From NCBI RefSeq assembly GCF_018350175.1, contig NC_058368.1:140928001-140992000 (forward strand): a stretch of DNA of 64,000 nt, written 5' to 3'. Below are positions 1 to 13,440 of this stretch, piece after piece. The position numbers were made by a program, and so were the translations under genes. Within the stretch, counting starts at the first letter, position 1, and each line of letters starts with the position of its first letter. The notes under the pieces are model-generated. The model was not told where the DNA came from. It ran no database searches and worked only from the letters and a program-made list of their open reading frames with translations. Origin of the DNA: Felis catus. Taxonomy: Eukaryota.

Positions 1-70
1 TCTGACCCTCCCCTGCTCATGCTCTGTCTCTCTCTGTCTCAAAAATGAATAAAACGTTAAAAAAAAAAAA

Positions 71-264
71 AAAGTACTGCTTCAGGTTCAGCTTCGGAAC
101 TTTTTTTCCTCTTGGGACAAAATGGCTGATGAACGTGGATTTTTTTTTTTTTTAAATGGCCTAAGATGTTGTAAGTCCAGGTTGAAGAACAAAACGCCAA
201 CTCACCTCAGCAGGTGGCGGCTGAGATTCCTCTTGATGCTCCTCCTGAAGTAATTGCCCATTAG
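71..264 (+). pseudogene. Possible decayed retrocopy 3' coding fragment (parent not recognised)
   Basis: KVLLQVQLRNFFSSWDKMADERGFF /T14 frameshift/ KWPKML*VQVEEQNANSPQQVAAEIPLDAPPEVIAH* reads as protein-like; not identified. Confidence 0.3.
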
Positions 265-1687
265 CTGCTTCCCCACTCCCATTCTTGCCCCGTCCTGTCC
301 TCCTCATCATGTCCTTTCTCTTTCTGCTGTGAGAGCTCAGTGTACTAGAGCCTGCAGACAACAAATAGGCCTCCAGACCCCCCAGCCACACAGGTCCGTG
401 GCACAGTGGGCAGGAAACACTCAGTGGCAATTGCTGTTGGGAATCACTGGCTGAGTTTAACAGGTGTGGATCCTTTTCCTGCTACAGTGATGCTCTTGTT
501 TGTCAAAGACTACAGTCTTGTCCTTGGAACCTTTGATCTCTGTACCCACATACTTCGGACCAGCAAAGCTGCGGCCTGACTTGTTAAGCATCGCTGAACT
601 TGGAAGAAAACTGCTGGGGACACTGATCATTTCACAGTATGTACAATGAATAGGAGGTAAAGTTACTCTTTAGGTTATTGCTGTCCTCCCTTTTCCTCAA
701 TGTACTGTCTTCAATGTCACCGTCCTGTAATGTCACCGTCCCTTAGGAGTGAGACCCCCTGTGGGCTTCGTCACCGTCTCCCCTGCTTTCCTAGCCAAGT
801 TCTGGGAAGGAGCTTCTCCAGAGTGCTTGCAAAGTGTGGGGCTGACCCAGTCCTAAGACCTAGAAATTATGCACCCAGCAACTCTTCCACTTGCCTGCCC
901 CACACCCCAGGGCAGGGGACAAGGGTGTTTGGAATGGAGGGATGGGCATGGGAAAGTTCTCTTGCTTTTAGAATTAAGGAGTGATGCAGCCGGTCCACCG
1001 CCTACAGGGTATGACTCAGTGGAAGAAAGTGTAATGCTTCCCTCTCATGCTGCTCTCCTCAGAGCTGTCTGCCATCACCCAGGGCAGTAAGCAGCACCGG
1101 GTCCCCAAATTCCTCCTTGACCTCTGCTTAAATCCATCATCTCACATGTCATTCCTTAGGATCCCCTTCCATGTGACAACAGTGGGGAGTGGGTCTTAAG
1201 TGGCCCACCTTTGAATTTATTATGGGAATGGTTGTCAGCAAAACAGCCAAAGGGATCTGTACTTCCTTATTTGGATGACTGTCAGGAATTAGGATTCCAA
1301 GATGTAGACCACAACACAGCTGTGGGTCGGAAATGACAAACACGTCCCTGAAGAGGCTGTTCCGCATTAGGTAGTCTGAAAGAATCTTGTTTGAGCTGGA
1401 AGGCCAGCCTGGATGTTTACTTTGAGAAAAAGAAACATCTGATACATTCAGGGAGTCATAAGGCAAGTTTGTTTTTCAGCATGGTCCATCTGGTACTAGG
1501 AGTCGTTTAAGTCAGTTTCTCAGTCATCTCTAGAGGCGGATTCTGAGGTTCCTCTACAGGCTATTTTGATTCAGCAAGTCTGAGTTAGGACCCAGGAATA
1601 TGCGTTGCTCACAAACTGCCCAGCCCCTCTTTCCCCTCTCCTGGTGATTGTTATCATTATGGAAGTGGAGAAAATATTTATTTAAAA

Positions 1688-1874
1688 CAATGATTCTTAA
1701 ACTGTAGTCCCCCCCCCCCTCCGAAAGACCAGAAGGGCTTGTGAAGACACCCCTTCCCCCTTAGAGTTCCTGATTTTGTAGATCTGGCCAGGGCCTGAGT
1801 ATTTGCATTTGTAACAGGTTCTCAGGTGACGCTGATGTTGCTGTGCCAGAGACCACACCCTTTGAGAAGCACTG
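1688..1874. mobile_element. MER5A-like hAT-Charlie DNA transposon (MITE)
   Basis: Termini CAATGATTCTTAAAC...TTTGAGAAGCACTG, internal ATTTGCATTTGTAACAGGTTCTCAGGTGACGCTGATG, 8-bp TSD ATTTAAAA/ATTTAAAC. A second, more decayed MER5-like piece lies at ~1510-1670. Confidence 0.8.
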
Positions 1875-2608
1875 ATTTAAACAACACAGTTACCCTGTGC
1901 GAATCCTTTGCATTGGAAACCCTTTTACTACTCTGCTAGGACTGAGGGGTGGGCTGGATGTTTGTGGATCAGACAGTTCAGGAGTTGTACTACATTTGGA
2001 AATGCACTCAGCAGCAATTTCTGGAGTTCATGGCCTTCTCACTACTGCTGCCTCCCCTAAGGAGTCTGAACAAAGCAAAACCTGGCTGTAGCTTCCCAGA
2101 GCCGGGGTAGAAGCAGGAGTCTAGCTGTTGTCTGAGCATTTTCCGCCTATGTATTTTCTTTATTCCGCTAACCTCTGGATGGGTCACTCTTTGCCTGACT
2201 GTTACCAACATCATCATTTTTGTGTTGCCAGCACTTGTCAGGTGTTCTCAACAGCATCTCATTTGCGGTATAAGAAAAGGTTTTGGGGCACCTGGCTGGC
2301 TCGGTTGGTTATGCCTCTGGCTCTTGATTTTGGCTCAGATCGTGATCTCATGTTTGGTGAGATCAAGTCCCACGTCAGCCTCTGCACTGACAGCATGGAG
2401 CCTGCTTGGGATTCTCTCTCTCCTACCCCCTCTAGCTCCGCTCCTCCCCCACTCACATTCTCCCTCTCCCTCTCAAAATAAACATTTTTTTTTAAGAGGA
2501 AAAAAAAAAGGCAAAGATGGTTTAATAAAAGAGTTAGCTTTTAATAAAGTCCCGACTTGCCAAAACCACTGTGGCATAATCCCCCCTGAAGGCACAGCAG
2601 CAAATACA

Positions 2609-2610
2609 TT

Positions 2611-2656
<46 letters not shown>
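2609..2656 (+). repeat. (TTTA)n microsatellite, antisense SINE tail
   Basis: About 12 units. Confidence 0.9.
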
Positions 2657-2658
<2 letters not shown>

Positions 2659-3035
2659 AATAATTTTTTTAATGTTTATTCATTTTTGAGAGACAGAGAG
2701 AGACAGAGCATGAGCAGGGGAGGAGCAGAGAGAGAGGGAGACACAGAATCTGGAGCAGGCTCCAGGCTCTGGGCTGTCAGTATAGAGCCCAGCATGGGGC
2801 TTGAACTCATAGACTGTGAGATCATGACCTGAGCCTCAGTCAGACGCTTAGCTGACTGGGCCACCCAGGCATCCCCTTACCATTTGGGTTTTGAGTTTGA
2901 ATGAACTCTTAAGAAAATAAACTCAACTTGGGGTGTCTGGCTGACTCAGTAAAGCATGCATCTCTTAAATTCAGGGTGGTGAGTTCAAGCCTCATGTGAG
3001 GTGTGGAGCCCACTTAAAAGTAAATACATAAATAA

Positions 3036-3036
<1 letters not shown>

Positions 3037-3095
<59 letters not shown>

Positions 3096-3096
3096 A
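3037..3096 (+). repeat. (GAAA)n microsatellite in a SINE tail
   Basis: About 15 perfect units. Confidence 0.95.
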
Positions 3097-3499
3097 AAAA
3101 TAAATTCATCTAAAAAATGACAAAAACAAAACCTTTAACATTTTACCATAACACTGACTGGCGTAAACTTTAATCTAGCTTCCTGTTTTTCTTTATTTTG
3201 TTTATTTTTGAATATGGAATACTTACATTGTTCAAAAAGTTTGAATATGTAAAATCAGAAATGATACTGTTTGTTTTTTTTACAGAATGTTTCTGATTCT
3301 CATCCCCCTTTTGACTGAATTCTTACCCTCCATCCCTATGGCTAGTCACTTTTATTAGTTTCTAGTATATCCTTTTAGAACTTTTTATGCCTCCCTCACC
3401 ACCCCCCACACTGCTGCATTTCATTTCTCAGCCCATTTACAGTTTCTTGGGTATGCTTTCAGAAGTGTTTTATGTGTATCCAGAATATATACTCATAGG

Positions 3500-3808
3500 T
3501 GCAAAAATTAGTTTTGGCTCTCCCAGAAATGGACTCTTAAATGAGTTTATCAGGAATTACTTGATCAGTACTAGTTAGTTAGTCTGCCTGATAGACTCCC
3601 TGCTGTCCCCTAAAGGAAAGTAACCTTGCAATAACCAACCTACTTTGTTGTTTGTTCCCCCTTCCTTCTGCCTATAAAATCCTTTCATTTTGTACGCTCC
3701 TAGGAGCTCCTTTCTATCTGCTAGATTGGGTGCTGCCTGATTCATGAATCACTCAATAAAGCCAATAAGATCTTTAAAATTTACTCAGATGAGTTTCTTT
3801 TTTTTTAG
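3500..3808 (+). mobile_element. ERV1-type solo LTR (carnivore)
   Basis: TG start, TATAAAA (3673), AATAAA (3755), T-rich U5 end; possible 4-bp TSD TAGG (3496-3499 and 3809-3812). Confidence 0.65.
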
Positions 3809-4194
3809 TAGGGCTTTAAGATGATTTGTATGAACTGATGCAAAGGATGAATTGAAGTGGATTAGCAGGTTTTGCTATAATCCCAAGTGAGGGTGTAAGA
3901 ACCTGATTAAAACCGTGGGAATGAGGGGTACCTGGGTGGCTCAGTTGGTTGGGCAACCGACTTCAGCTCAGGTCATGATCTCATGGTTCATGGGTTCAAG
4001 CCCCACATCGGGCTCTGTGCTGACAGCTCAGAGCCTGGAGTCTGTTTCAGGTTCTGTGTCTTCCTCTTTCTCTAACCCCTCCCCTGCTCACTCTCTGTGT
4101 CTCTCTGTCTCTCAATAATAAATAAACATTAAAAAATTAAAAAAAAAAAACCATGGGAATGAGAATGGAAAGCAAGGGGTTAGAGAAAATTGGG

Positions 4195-5012
4195 TACCTT
4201 ACATGGCAAAAGAAACTTTGTGGATGTGGTTAAGGTTAAGGACCTTGAATGGGAGAATATCCTGGGTTGTTCAGGTAAGCCCAGTGCAATCAGTGAGTCC
4301 TTAAAAACAGAGATGCTTTCCTGGTTGTGGAGAGAGGGAGATGTGATTATGGAAGAATACAATCTTGCAACGCTGCTGGCTTTGAAGATGGAGGAAGGGG
4401 GCCACCAAGCCAAGGGGTGAGGAAGGCTTTTAGAAGTTGGAAAAAGCAAGGAAATAGATTGTTCCCTTGAGTCTCCAGAAAGGAATACAGCCCCGTTGAC
4501 ACTTTCAGTCTGGTGAGATGCATGCTGGACTTCTAACCTACAGAACTGTAACATCCTACATTTTTTTAAATGAAGTATAACTGACATACAACATCATATT
4601 AGTTTCAAGTATACAACATAGTGATTCTATATGTGTATATATTGTGAAATGATCACCACAATAAGTCTAGTTAACATCTGTCACCATACAGTTACAGAAA
4701 ATTTTTTGTGATAAGAACTTTCAAGATTTACTCTCGTAGCAACTTTCAAATATGAAATATGCCATGCTGCATATGACATCCCTGTGACTTACTTATTTTA
4801 TAACTGCAAGTTTGTATCCTTTGACCCCTTTACCCATCTCACCACCCCCAAGCCTCACCTCTGTCAACCACCCATCTGTTCTCTGTATCTATGAGTTTGG
4901 GTTGTTGTTGCTGTTTTTGGATTCCACATGTAAGTGAGAACATACCATTTGTGTTGTTTTAGACCATTAAGTTTGTGGTAATTTGTTATAGCACCAATAG
5001 AAAACTAATATA
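4195..5012 (+). mobile_element. MLT1D-like MaLR LTR interrupted by an antisense L1 3' end (~4561-4945)
   Basis: MLT1 motifs TTACATGGCAAAAG, GCTGGCTTTGAAGATGGAGG, AAGCAAGGAAATAGATT and AAGTTTGTGGTAATTTGTTATAGC; insert carries L1 3' UTR-type TGAAGTATAACTGACATACAAC...TTCCACATGTAAGTGAG. Confidence 0.8.
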
Positions 5013-8000
5013 TGGGATAAATGACTGTGTACATTATAAGGTATTTCTCTTTGCCAAAAGTCCTCCCACCTCTGTATAAATCATGTTTAGTAGTGACTCC
5101 AGATATGTTCCCAGGTTAGCCCACTGCTTAAAATGCCCTCTCCATTCCCTTTTATCTATTTACTTATTATTTATTTATTTATAAATGTTTATTTATTTTT
5201 GAGAAAGAGAGCACACAGGGGAGGGGCAGAGAGAGAGATGGAGACAGAGTTTCCGAAGTGGGGTCTACAATGACAACAGACCCAATGCGGGTCTCAAACT
5301 CACAGACCATGAGATCATGACCTGAGCTGAAGTCAGACACTGAACCAATTGAACAACCCGGGCACCCCATATGTTTATTTAGCTTTTAAAAAGATTTTTT
5401 ATTTTTAAGTAATCTCTACACCCAATATGGGGTTCTAACTCACAATCCTGAGATCAAGGACCGTATGCTTTACCAACTGAGCCAGCCAGGCACCCCTCTA
5501 TTCCCTTTTAAACATTATCTGTCAGTCAGGCTCAGCTGGAGACTTATTTCTTTCAGACTATTCTAAATCTCTTCTTTGCAAAGTATTGTCTGCACTTATC
5601 ATAACTTTCTTACCTTGTTTCTCAATTGTTTAAAGTCTCTAATGTCTTCCTTCCATAATTAGATTTTAGGCATTGGAGAACAGGGTCCATATTTTACCTG
5701 TTTTGTGTCCTTTCCCAAGAAAACTGCATATACATATGTGATCAGGCCTTAATGAATAGTTTGTTAGAAAATTGTTTAAGTTGGGGGGCATGGGTGGCTC
5801 ACTTGGTTGAGTGACTCTTGATTTCTGCTCAGGTCATGATCTCATGGTTGGTGGGATTGAGCCCCATGTCTGGCTCTGTGCTGACAGCATGGAGCCTGCT
5901 TGGGATTCATATTCTGTCTCTCTCTCTCTCCCCACTCCCTCTCTCTCTCTCTCAAAATAAATAAATAAATTTAAAAAGAAAAAATTTAAAGGCAAAGTCC
6001 TGTCAATTGAAAAATAATCATTGAACTCTAAATTATAATGCAATTCAGCAAGGAAACAATCCAATTGTTAAGCAGCTTTTGCCAGGAATGTACTCACTGC
6101 ATTAAAGAAAGGCATATCTGTGCATGTTTTACAGCTTAGTGTCAAGTTAAGCTGTAATTGAAATAAATGAGCTATCGTCAGTTGCAGATGAGTTATACAT
6201 ACTTTACAGATGAATAACAAATAATACTTTCTCACCAGCTTGGGAAAGAGATCAGCCTGCCTTTTTGAGCAGAATGGACAGGTTTATGGTTAGTGATTGA
6301 AAAGCATAAACTCCAGGTGTGCTGCGTTCACAACTCTTAGCCATGCTTTTGTTCACAACTTCCTTCAATTTCATTTCTTGGAAGAGGAAAATTCAACCTT
6401 TAATAAATTGCTACACTTGTATTAGGCGTATGAGGAAATACTGAGAATATTCCTATTCAGTATTAGGCATATGAGAAAACCATCCCAAACCTGATGTTTT
6501 GCCACAAAATATGTGTGCATTTAGCATTGGCCAGATGATCAGGAGGGTTCTTGGGCGGTTTAATTGAGGAGAGCAAGATGAACCATGAAACAAGCCTGAG
6601 GTGAGACAAGGGTGAGATTATCTGATGTTCTTATTATATTGTTGATATTCTGATATACTTATCTGCCTATCCCTGTTCCAGTTTATCCGTAAGAGAACAT
6701 TTGTTATCACAAGCCTTTGGATTCTGATGACTTGGGTAATTACTGGTTCCATTTGCATGTTCTTTTTAATTATGTGATTGAGCTCCAAGGACAGAGCAAC
6801 ATTCGCAACAGGATCTGAAATTGAGCAGAAGAGGTTTATCTCCATATGAAACACTTGGATAAACTGGGAGAGAATGCAGAGTGTGAGTTACTAAGTAACA
6901 AGTCCCCTGATGGATTGTCAGTGGTTGTGATTTGGTGATGACATCCATACCTTATCAACAGCCATGGCTCTCTCTTTCCACTGCCTTTTTCTCTTAGTTT
7001 AGTGGGCATCTAAACAGTTCAACCCAGATGGAGTCCCCAGAAAAAAATATTCATCTTCCTGGTTCCCCCAAATTGGTAGTCAAGCTACTTATTTAAGCCT
7101 ATCTAAATTAGTCCTCTATGCATTTTTGCAGCTTGTCGGCTAGCCCTCATCTTACTGTTTATGATCCATTGGGCATATTGGTTCAAGTGATGAAAAATAT
7201 ATTTTATCCATTAAAGGACAACACATCCAGATAGTTCCCCATGAAAGCCTAATACTGGGCTTTAGCAAGAGCTCTTGTTTGTTTTGGTAAGTTTATAGCT
7301 AAAACAGTTCAGGAGCCTGAGCATAAAGTTGGTATTTTATTTAAGTAGAAGACAGGACTTAGCTTTGCCATCCGAGACCCTCAACTTGGTTTGGTTGTAG
7401 TGCTGAAACCTCAACACAAAGCATGTCTGAACAAGTGAATGGGTCATTTCTCAGTCTGGTCCTGAGTTTTTTGTCAGTGTCTCCTCAGCAGTCACCAACT
7501 CCTTCCTCTGCCTTCCCACAGCCCCTTGTCTGTTCCTTTCTGTGTCTTTCATTCTGCCTCTGGATTAATTTTCATTGTTTACATGGGTGCCTTTACCTCT
7601 AAGATTAAGTTCTTGACAGTAGAGAACTTGTTAATTCACATTTAAATCTCCCTCAGGACATAGCAAAGTTCTGTACACATAGTAGATAGATAATAAACAT
7701 TTGCTGAGTATTTTTTGAGTGAATAATGCTAACTGAATTGTTAACTTTCAGATTCCTATAGATTCTGCTACTATAGGTTCTTCCATTTTTTTTTCCATTT
7801 CATTCTTAAAAGTTTTATTATAAACTAATTTTAGAATCTGGGAACTTTACCCAAGTAAAAAAAGGGGGGGGGGGAGTGGGTGGGTGGGTGGGAAATTACC
7901 TGTTATCTCTCAACCATATATACGACCCATATATATTATAGTGTTTATCCAGGCTATTTTCTATGCATATGTACACACATATAAAGATGAAATAAAGTGT

Positions 8001-10280
8001 TTTGCAATTTGATTTTTCACAGTAAAAGTGTGTAATCTATATGCATTTAAATATAATTAATATATCCACATATTACCATCTTGACAGCTACAGAGTGTTT
8101 CACTGTACAGAGATACTTTATAGTTCTACACTTATAGTACTTTTCAATTTTTGTCTTTTCAAAGCCAGCGAAGATCTTGTTTCTTGGCCACAGCTATCTT
8201 GTTAGCTTGAGGCCCTCTTGTCAAAAAGACTCAAGATGTCCTGTGTAGTTACAGCTACCTGTAAATCCATCATGACCTAGGCGTGCCTGGATGGCTCTGT
8301 CAGTTAAGCGTCCGACTTTGGCTCAGGTCATGATCTCATGGTTTGTGGTTTGAGCCCCATGTTGGTCTCTGTGCTGACAGCTCAGAGCCTGGAGCCTGCT
8401 TCAGATTCTGTGTCTTCCTCTCTCTCTGACCCTCCCCTGTTCATGATCTGTCTCTCTCTGTCTCAAAAGTAAAATAAAACATTAAAAAAAAAAATTAAGC
8501 CATCATGACCTAGATGGATTTACCTGGTGGTTGATTGCATGAGATCTTTTTTGTATCCTTAACCAAATTGTGTGGAATTCAATTAAGAAAACTGCACTCA
8601 TTCATTAAATCTACTTCATTCTTTTTTTTTTAAGAATTTTATTTTTTTATTTTTTTAATGTTTATTTGAGAGAGAGAAAGAGAGCGTGAACGGCAGAGGG
8701 GTAGAGAAGAGAGGGAGAGAGAGAATCTGAAGCAGGCTCTACACTGTCAGCACAGACCCTGATGCAGGGTCTGAACCCACAAACCATGAAATCGTGACCT
8801 GAGCCAAAGTTGGACGCTTAACTGACTGAGCCACTCAGGCACCCTTACTTCGTCCTTTTGATAAGGCAAATGTATCTGAGAATATATTAGACTTCAAAAT
8901 GAGCATTCATGTCCTATGGCACTTCGTATCTGAGTGGGATTCATTGTCTATAAAAGTCTCTTGGGAACTTCAAGCTCTGGGTCAATTGTAAAGAAACACT
9001 GATGAAATTGAAATAGTCACAATGAATCAAACAAAAAAAATGAAGGTGAGAATTCATCAAATACTCAAAAATGTTAATGATTTCACACTAGTTTCTTTCC
9101 TTTTTTTTCTCCCTCTTTGAAAATGATCATCAATCTGTGTAGTATTTTACATAGATAAACTTAAACCCCACTCTGAATACTTTATCTTTAGTCATTGGCT
9201 GATTAAATCAAACTCTGCTGGGAGTATCTGGCTGGCTTAGTCAGAAAAGCATGTGACTCTTGATCTTGGGGTCGTGAGTTTGAGCCCCATGTTTGGTCTA
9301 CAGGTTACGAAAATAAATAAAACTTAAAAAACAAAAAACCCACCCAACTCTGCTGGTTTTCCTCCCTCTAGGCAGTCAGGCAGGCCAGGGTGGAGTTGGT
9401 GACCCCCTCCCTGTTGCAGAAAAGCCTGCTCTGCAGAGACAGTTTAGGGTGAGGAAGTGGAGACTATGGCGATAACCAGCTGAGGAAGACACATCACAGT
9501 CTCTTCCTATCCATTAACCTCGTCAGAGGACAGCCCATGTCTCACAGTAAACCATGACTTGCCCCAAGCCTCCTATGATGCCCAATTACCAAGAATCCAA
9601 AAGACCACGTCACGCTACACCAAATAAAGGAAATAACCAAAGGCAAAAGTAATGGAGAATATTTGGGAAATGGCACAAAGCGGTTAATAAGCCGGTAGAG
9701 ATCATTGACTCATAACTTATGAATTAAACCCTATAGGCGCATAATGTATCAAAGAAAAGTTCTCGGGTCTCCGAATGTGTTTCTGACATTTTCTAGACCT
9801 TGAGATCAGCTATGAATACTCAGTCAGTCCAGCGCTGTTCACTGCCGCTGTAATTAAGACTAAGTGAAGCGAAAAGGCTTCTAACAGATGTGTCATAGAA
9901 AATGTTGTGATTCATCTACTTACAATGCAATTAGAATCTGGAAATATGTTGCCAATTTCTTTGCCATTAGAGAGGACTGAATTGTACAAAATACATTGTT
10001 ATTTATGACTCATGTCTAAGATTTTTCTTGGGAAATGAATTCATTCTTTATATAACTATTAGTCTGATACCTGGTGTTCTACATTAGTGAAAAAAGAAGG
10101 TGTTGATTTTCTACAATTTGTTGCTGAAGGAAGCCCATAAAATGGAACATTGTCATGTCATTATTTCTTGCTAAAGACCTGTCCCAGTTCCTATACTAAG
10201 TGTGCTGCAGATTAACTTTCAAGCAGTGTAGGGTAATTGAATTTATTGATGTATTTTTCAAAAACTTATTGGAACCTAGA

Positions 10281-10510
10281 GGGGCGCCTGGGTGGCGCAG
10301 TCGGTTAAGCGTCTGACTTCAGCCAGGTCACGATCTCGCGGTCCGTGAGTTCGAGCCCCGCGTCAGGCTCTGGGCTGATGGCTCAGAGCCTGGAGCCTGT
10401 TTGCGATTCTGTGTCTCCCTCTCTCTCTGCCCCTCCCCCGTTCATGCTCTGTCTCTCTCTGTCCCAAAAATGAATAAACGTCGAAAAAAAAAAATTAAAA
10501 AAAAAAAAAA
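10281..10510 (+). mobile_element. Young felid CanSINE (SINEC_Fc-like)
   Basis: CpGs intact; perfect TSD (A)nCTTATTGGAACCTAGA at 10261-10280 and ending 10526. Confidence 0.92.
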
Positions 10511-11384
10511 CTTATTGGAACCTAGAAACATTCTATGAGTAGCAGGAATCATTATTTTATCTGAAGATTCTCTATGTTGGAGGGAGGTTGATAGTACATC
10601 AGCTCTGGATTGGAACCACACACATTCTGTGTGAATGACCTTAGGCAGGTTACTTCACCATTTCAACCCTAGTTGCCTCCAGTGTAAAATGGGGATGATA
10701 ATAATAGTATTGGCCTTGAAGGACTCTTAACTTCCTATTCTGAAATAACTGTAGATTCACAAGAATAGGTAGTAAGGTCCCATGTGTCCATTATCTAGCT
10801 TACCCCACCAGGGGCATCTTATTTAACTATAATACATGATCAAAACCAAGAAATTAATTGGTATAATACAATTAGAACAATTAGGCCATAGTTCTGACTC
10901 ATATTTCACCGGTTTTTGCATACACTAATTTTGTTTTTGTTTTTGTTTTCTTTTTTAAGGTAAGCTCTAGGCCCAACATGGGGCTCAAACTCACAACTCC
11001 AAGCTTATGAGTGGTTGTGAGTAGTATGCTCTAATGACTAAGCCAGCCAGACGCCGCTCAGATCCTTTTTTTTTTTAGAGTTTTGTGTAGAATTCTGTAG
11101 CCCTTTATCACATATAAGCATCACCACGATCAAGATACAAATATGTGGATTAAATAGGGTTAATCATTTAAAGTGCGTAGCACATGAGGTGGCATATAGA
11201 AGGGAACTAAGTGAATGTTACCTGTCAAGATTATTAGGTGAAATCAGATGATCTTGCTTATTCATTCCTTCCTAATTTCATGAGGTGCTTGGTTGGTGGA
11301 CAGAAATCGTGGTTTAGAAGCTAGAAGCAAAGCACTTGTATTACCCATGTTTCAAAATTGTTTCTATATTTTATGGTGCATTCA

Positions 11385-11703
11385 CATCCCCAAGACTTGC
11401 AAGACATAGGGAGTGGCTGCTCTTCCCAAGGTAAGCTAATTCCTGGAGATAGCAAATAACTTGATTGTGGAATTGCCTTTGCTATGCAGACCACACCCCC
11501 ATATGTGTCCTTTCATGAGTCTCCTGAAATTATTCCCCCCACCCTCCCCATCAGCTCCTTGACTATAAATCTCCACTTCTCCTTGCGTCTGGAGTTGAGT
11601 CCAATCTGTTTCTTCTATTGCAGTCGTCATGGCCTCTACACCTAGGACAACGGTCCTAAATAAATTCTTCCTTACAAGTGTCAGAGTAACTTTTTTCTTT
11701 TAA
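11385..11703 (+). mobile_element. ERV1-like LTR fragment
   Basis: TATAAA (~11564), GGAGTTGAGTCCAATC, AATAAATTCTTCCTTAC...AAGTGTCAGAGTAACTTTTTTCTTTTAA resembles MER4-group LTR 3' ends. Confidence 0.55.
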
Positions 11704-12929
11704 GAATTCCAAGCCCAGTCTATATTAGAGAACACCAATGTGCATTTTCCAGCATGAAGACAGTTTGAGGGAGCTTCTTGATTGCCTGGTGTGAATGGTG
11801 AGGGGGCCATATTAAAGCGTATACCATTTCTCCCAGTATTTCTTTGTCATTCCTTATATGAAGAACAAAGAGAAATCACATTAAAATTGGTACATGGAAA
11901 AGCTTCATCAACGAGTTAAGATGATCACAATATCCCAGTTATCATTCCATTTATGCAATAAAGTTAACTTAAATGAGGATTCTAAGATGGGGGTATACTT
12001 TTCAGATAAATGACCTTGCTCCCAGAGCTCTGTGTGTTTCTGAGGGCAGCACTTACCATACTATACCCCCATAATCTCTGTCTGAGGCTCCTCCAGGCCA
12101 GGGATGGACAGGTGGGGATAGGGAGGTGCCTACAGGATCTGGATGATCAGAACCTCCAGGCAATATTTTGTCTCCTATCATATATTACACCTACCAGAAG
12201 TTAATTCTCAAGCAGGGGAATCTTTGGGAAATATTAATGCTTTACTGCCACCTTCTGGTCGAAATGTATTTTGCAATATGTCTTCATGTTTTTGGGGTCC
12301 CCGTAAAAAGGATTTGAGAGAAGTTAAATCCTGTCAGATCAGCAATCCTATGTTGCCAGTGGCAACCAACATGGATAGAATAGTATATAATTCTTGAAAA
12401 ACTTTCCAAGGATGTGAATGCCTGTATATGTCTATTTATATCACACATGCACAAATGAATTCTGTTTTGAATCCGTAAGGGAATAAACCCCAGAAAATTG
12501 TAACTGTATTTCTAGAGGTTTTTAAAAAATGATTTATAAAACACTTTCACATTTGGCCACTCTATTAATTTGAGAGACAAGTAGGCATGATTAATAAAAT
12601 GATTTTACAACAATCCCTTAAAAGAAGACAGGGGATTATTGAATAGTCCTTAAATTTCCTTACAGATATTTTGTCCTATTAATCTTTTTAACTTTTCTAG
12701 AACAATTCCATATATGCTTTCTTCATTAGTAAGCTTATTTTTGCACTTAAAATATAATTTTGTTTACAAAAGTGACATATACATTTTATGAAAAGATCTA
12801 TTATGTAGGAAAAAACTTTAATAATCCGCATACATATATATTAATGCCTTGTGCATCATATTCAGTTTATGGTTCAAGATAATGGTGGTGTTAGTGGTGG
12901 TGATGATGATGATGATGGTGATAATGTGC

Positions 12930-13440
12930 GGAGACCTGATGGCATATGGCTAAGAGCACTGCCCATGAAAGCAGATTGTCTGAATTTGAATGTCAGCTCT
13001 GGCTCTCACTGGCTGTGTTATTTTAATGAGGTTACTAAACTGTGGACTGTAATTTCTTCATCTGTAAAGTGGAGGTGGTCATGGTCAGAATAGTACCTAT
13101 CCCACAGGATTGTGATGAGAAACAGGTTAATATGCGCACGGTGCTCAAAGTACTACCTAGCACGTAATAGTACATAAATAAATTCTTTTTGTAAAGTAAT
13201 TAGACAATGTCTGGTACGTAGCAAGCACTACGTAAACATTTATTAAAGAAAGCAATAATCATAATAATTAACATTACCATGTGCCAAATGCTAAATTTAG
13301 CACCTTACATGCATTATTGTGGTTCATCTACCCGCCAGCCTATATGAAGGGTATTATTTAATCTCCATTTTAGGAATTAGGAAACTGAAGCACAGTACAC
13401 TGAAATAACTTGCCCAAAGTCACGCAGTTAGCATATAGCA
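12930..13440. mobile_element. MIR SINE fragments (others at ~10600, ~47050, ~53870, ~58150, ~62200)
   Basis: MIR core motifs TTCTTCATCTGTAAAGTGGAG, TAGTACCTATCCCACAGGATTGTGATGAG, GAAACTGAAGCACAG and TAACTTGCCCAAAGTCAC. Confidence 0.7.
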
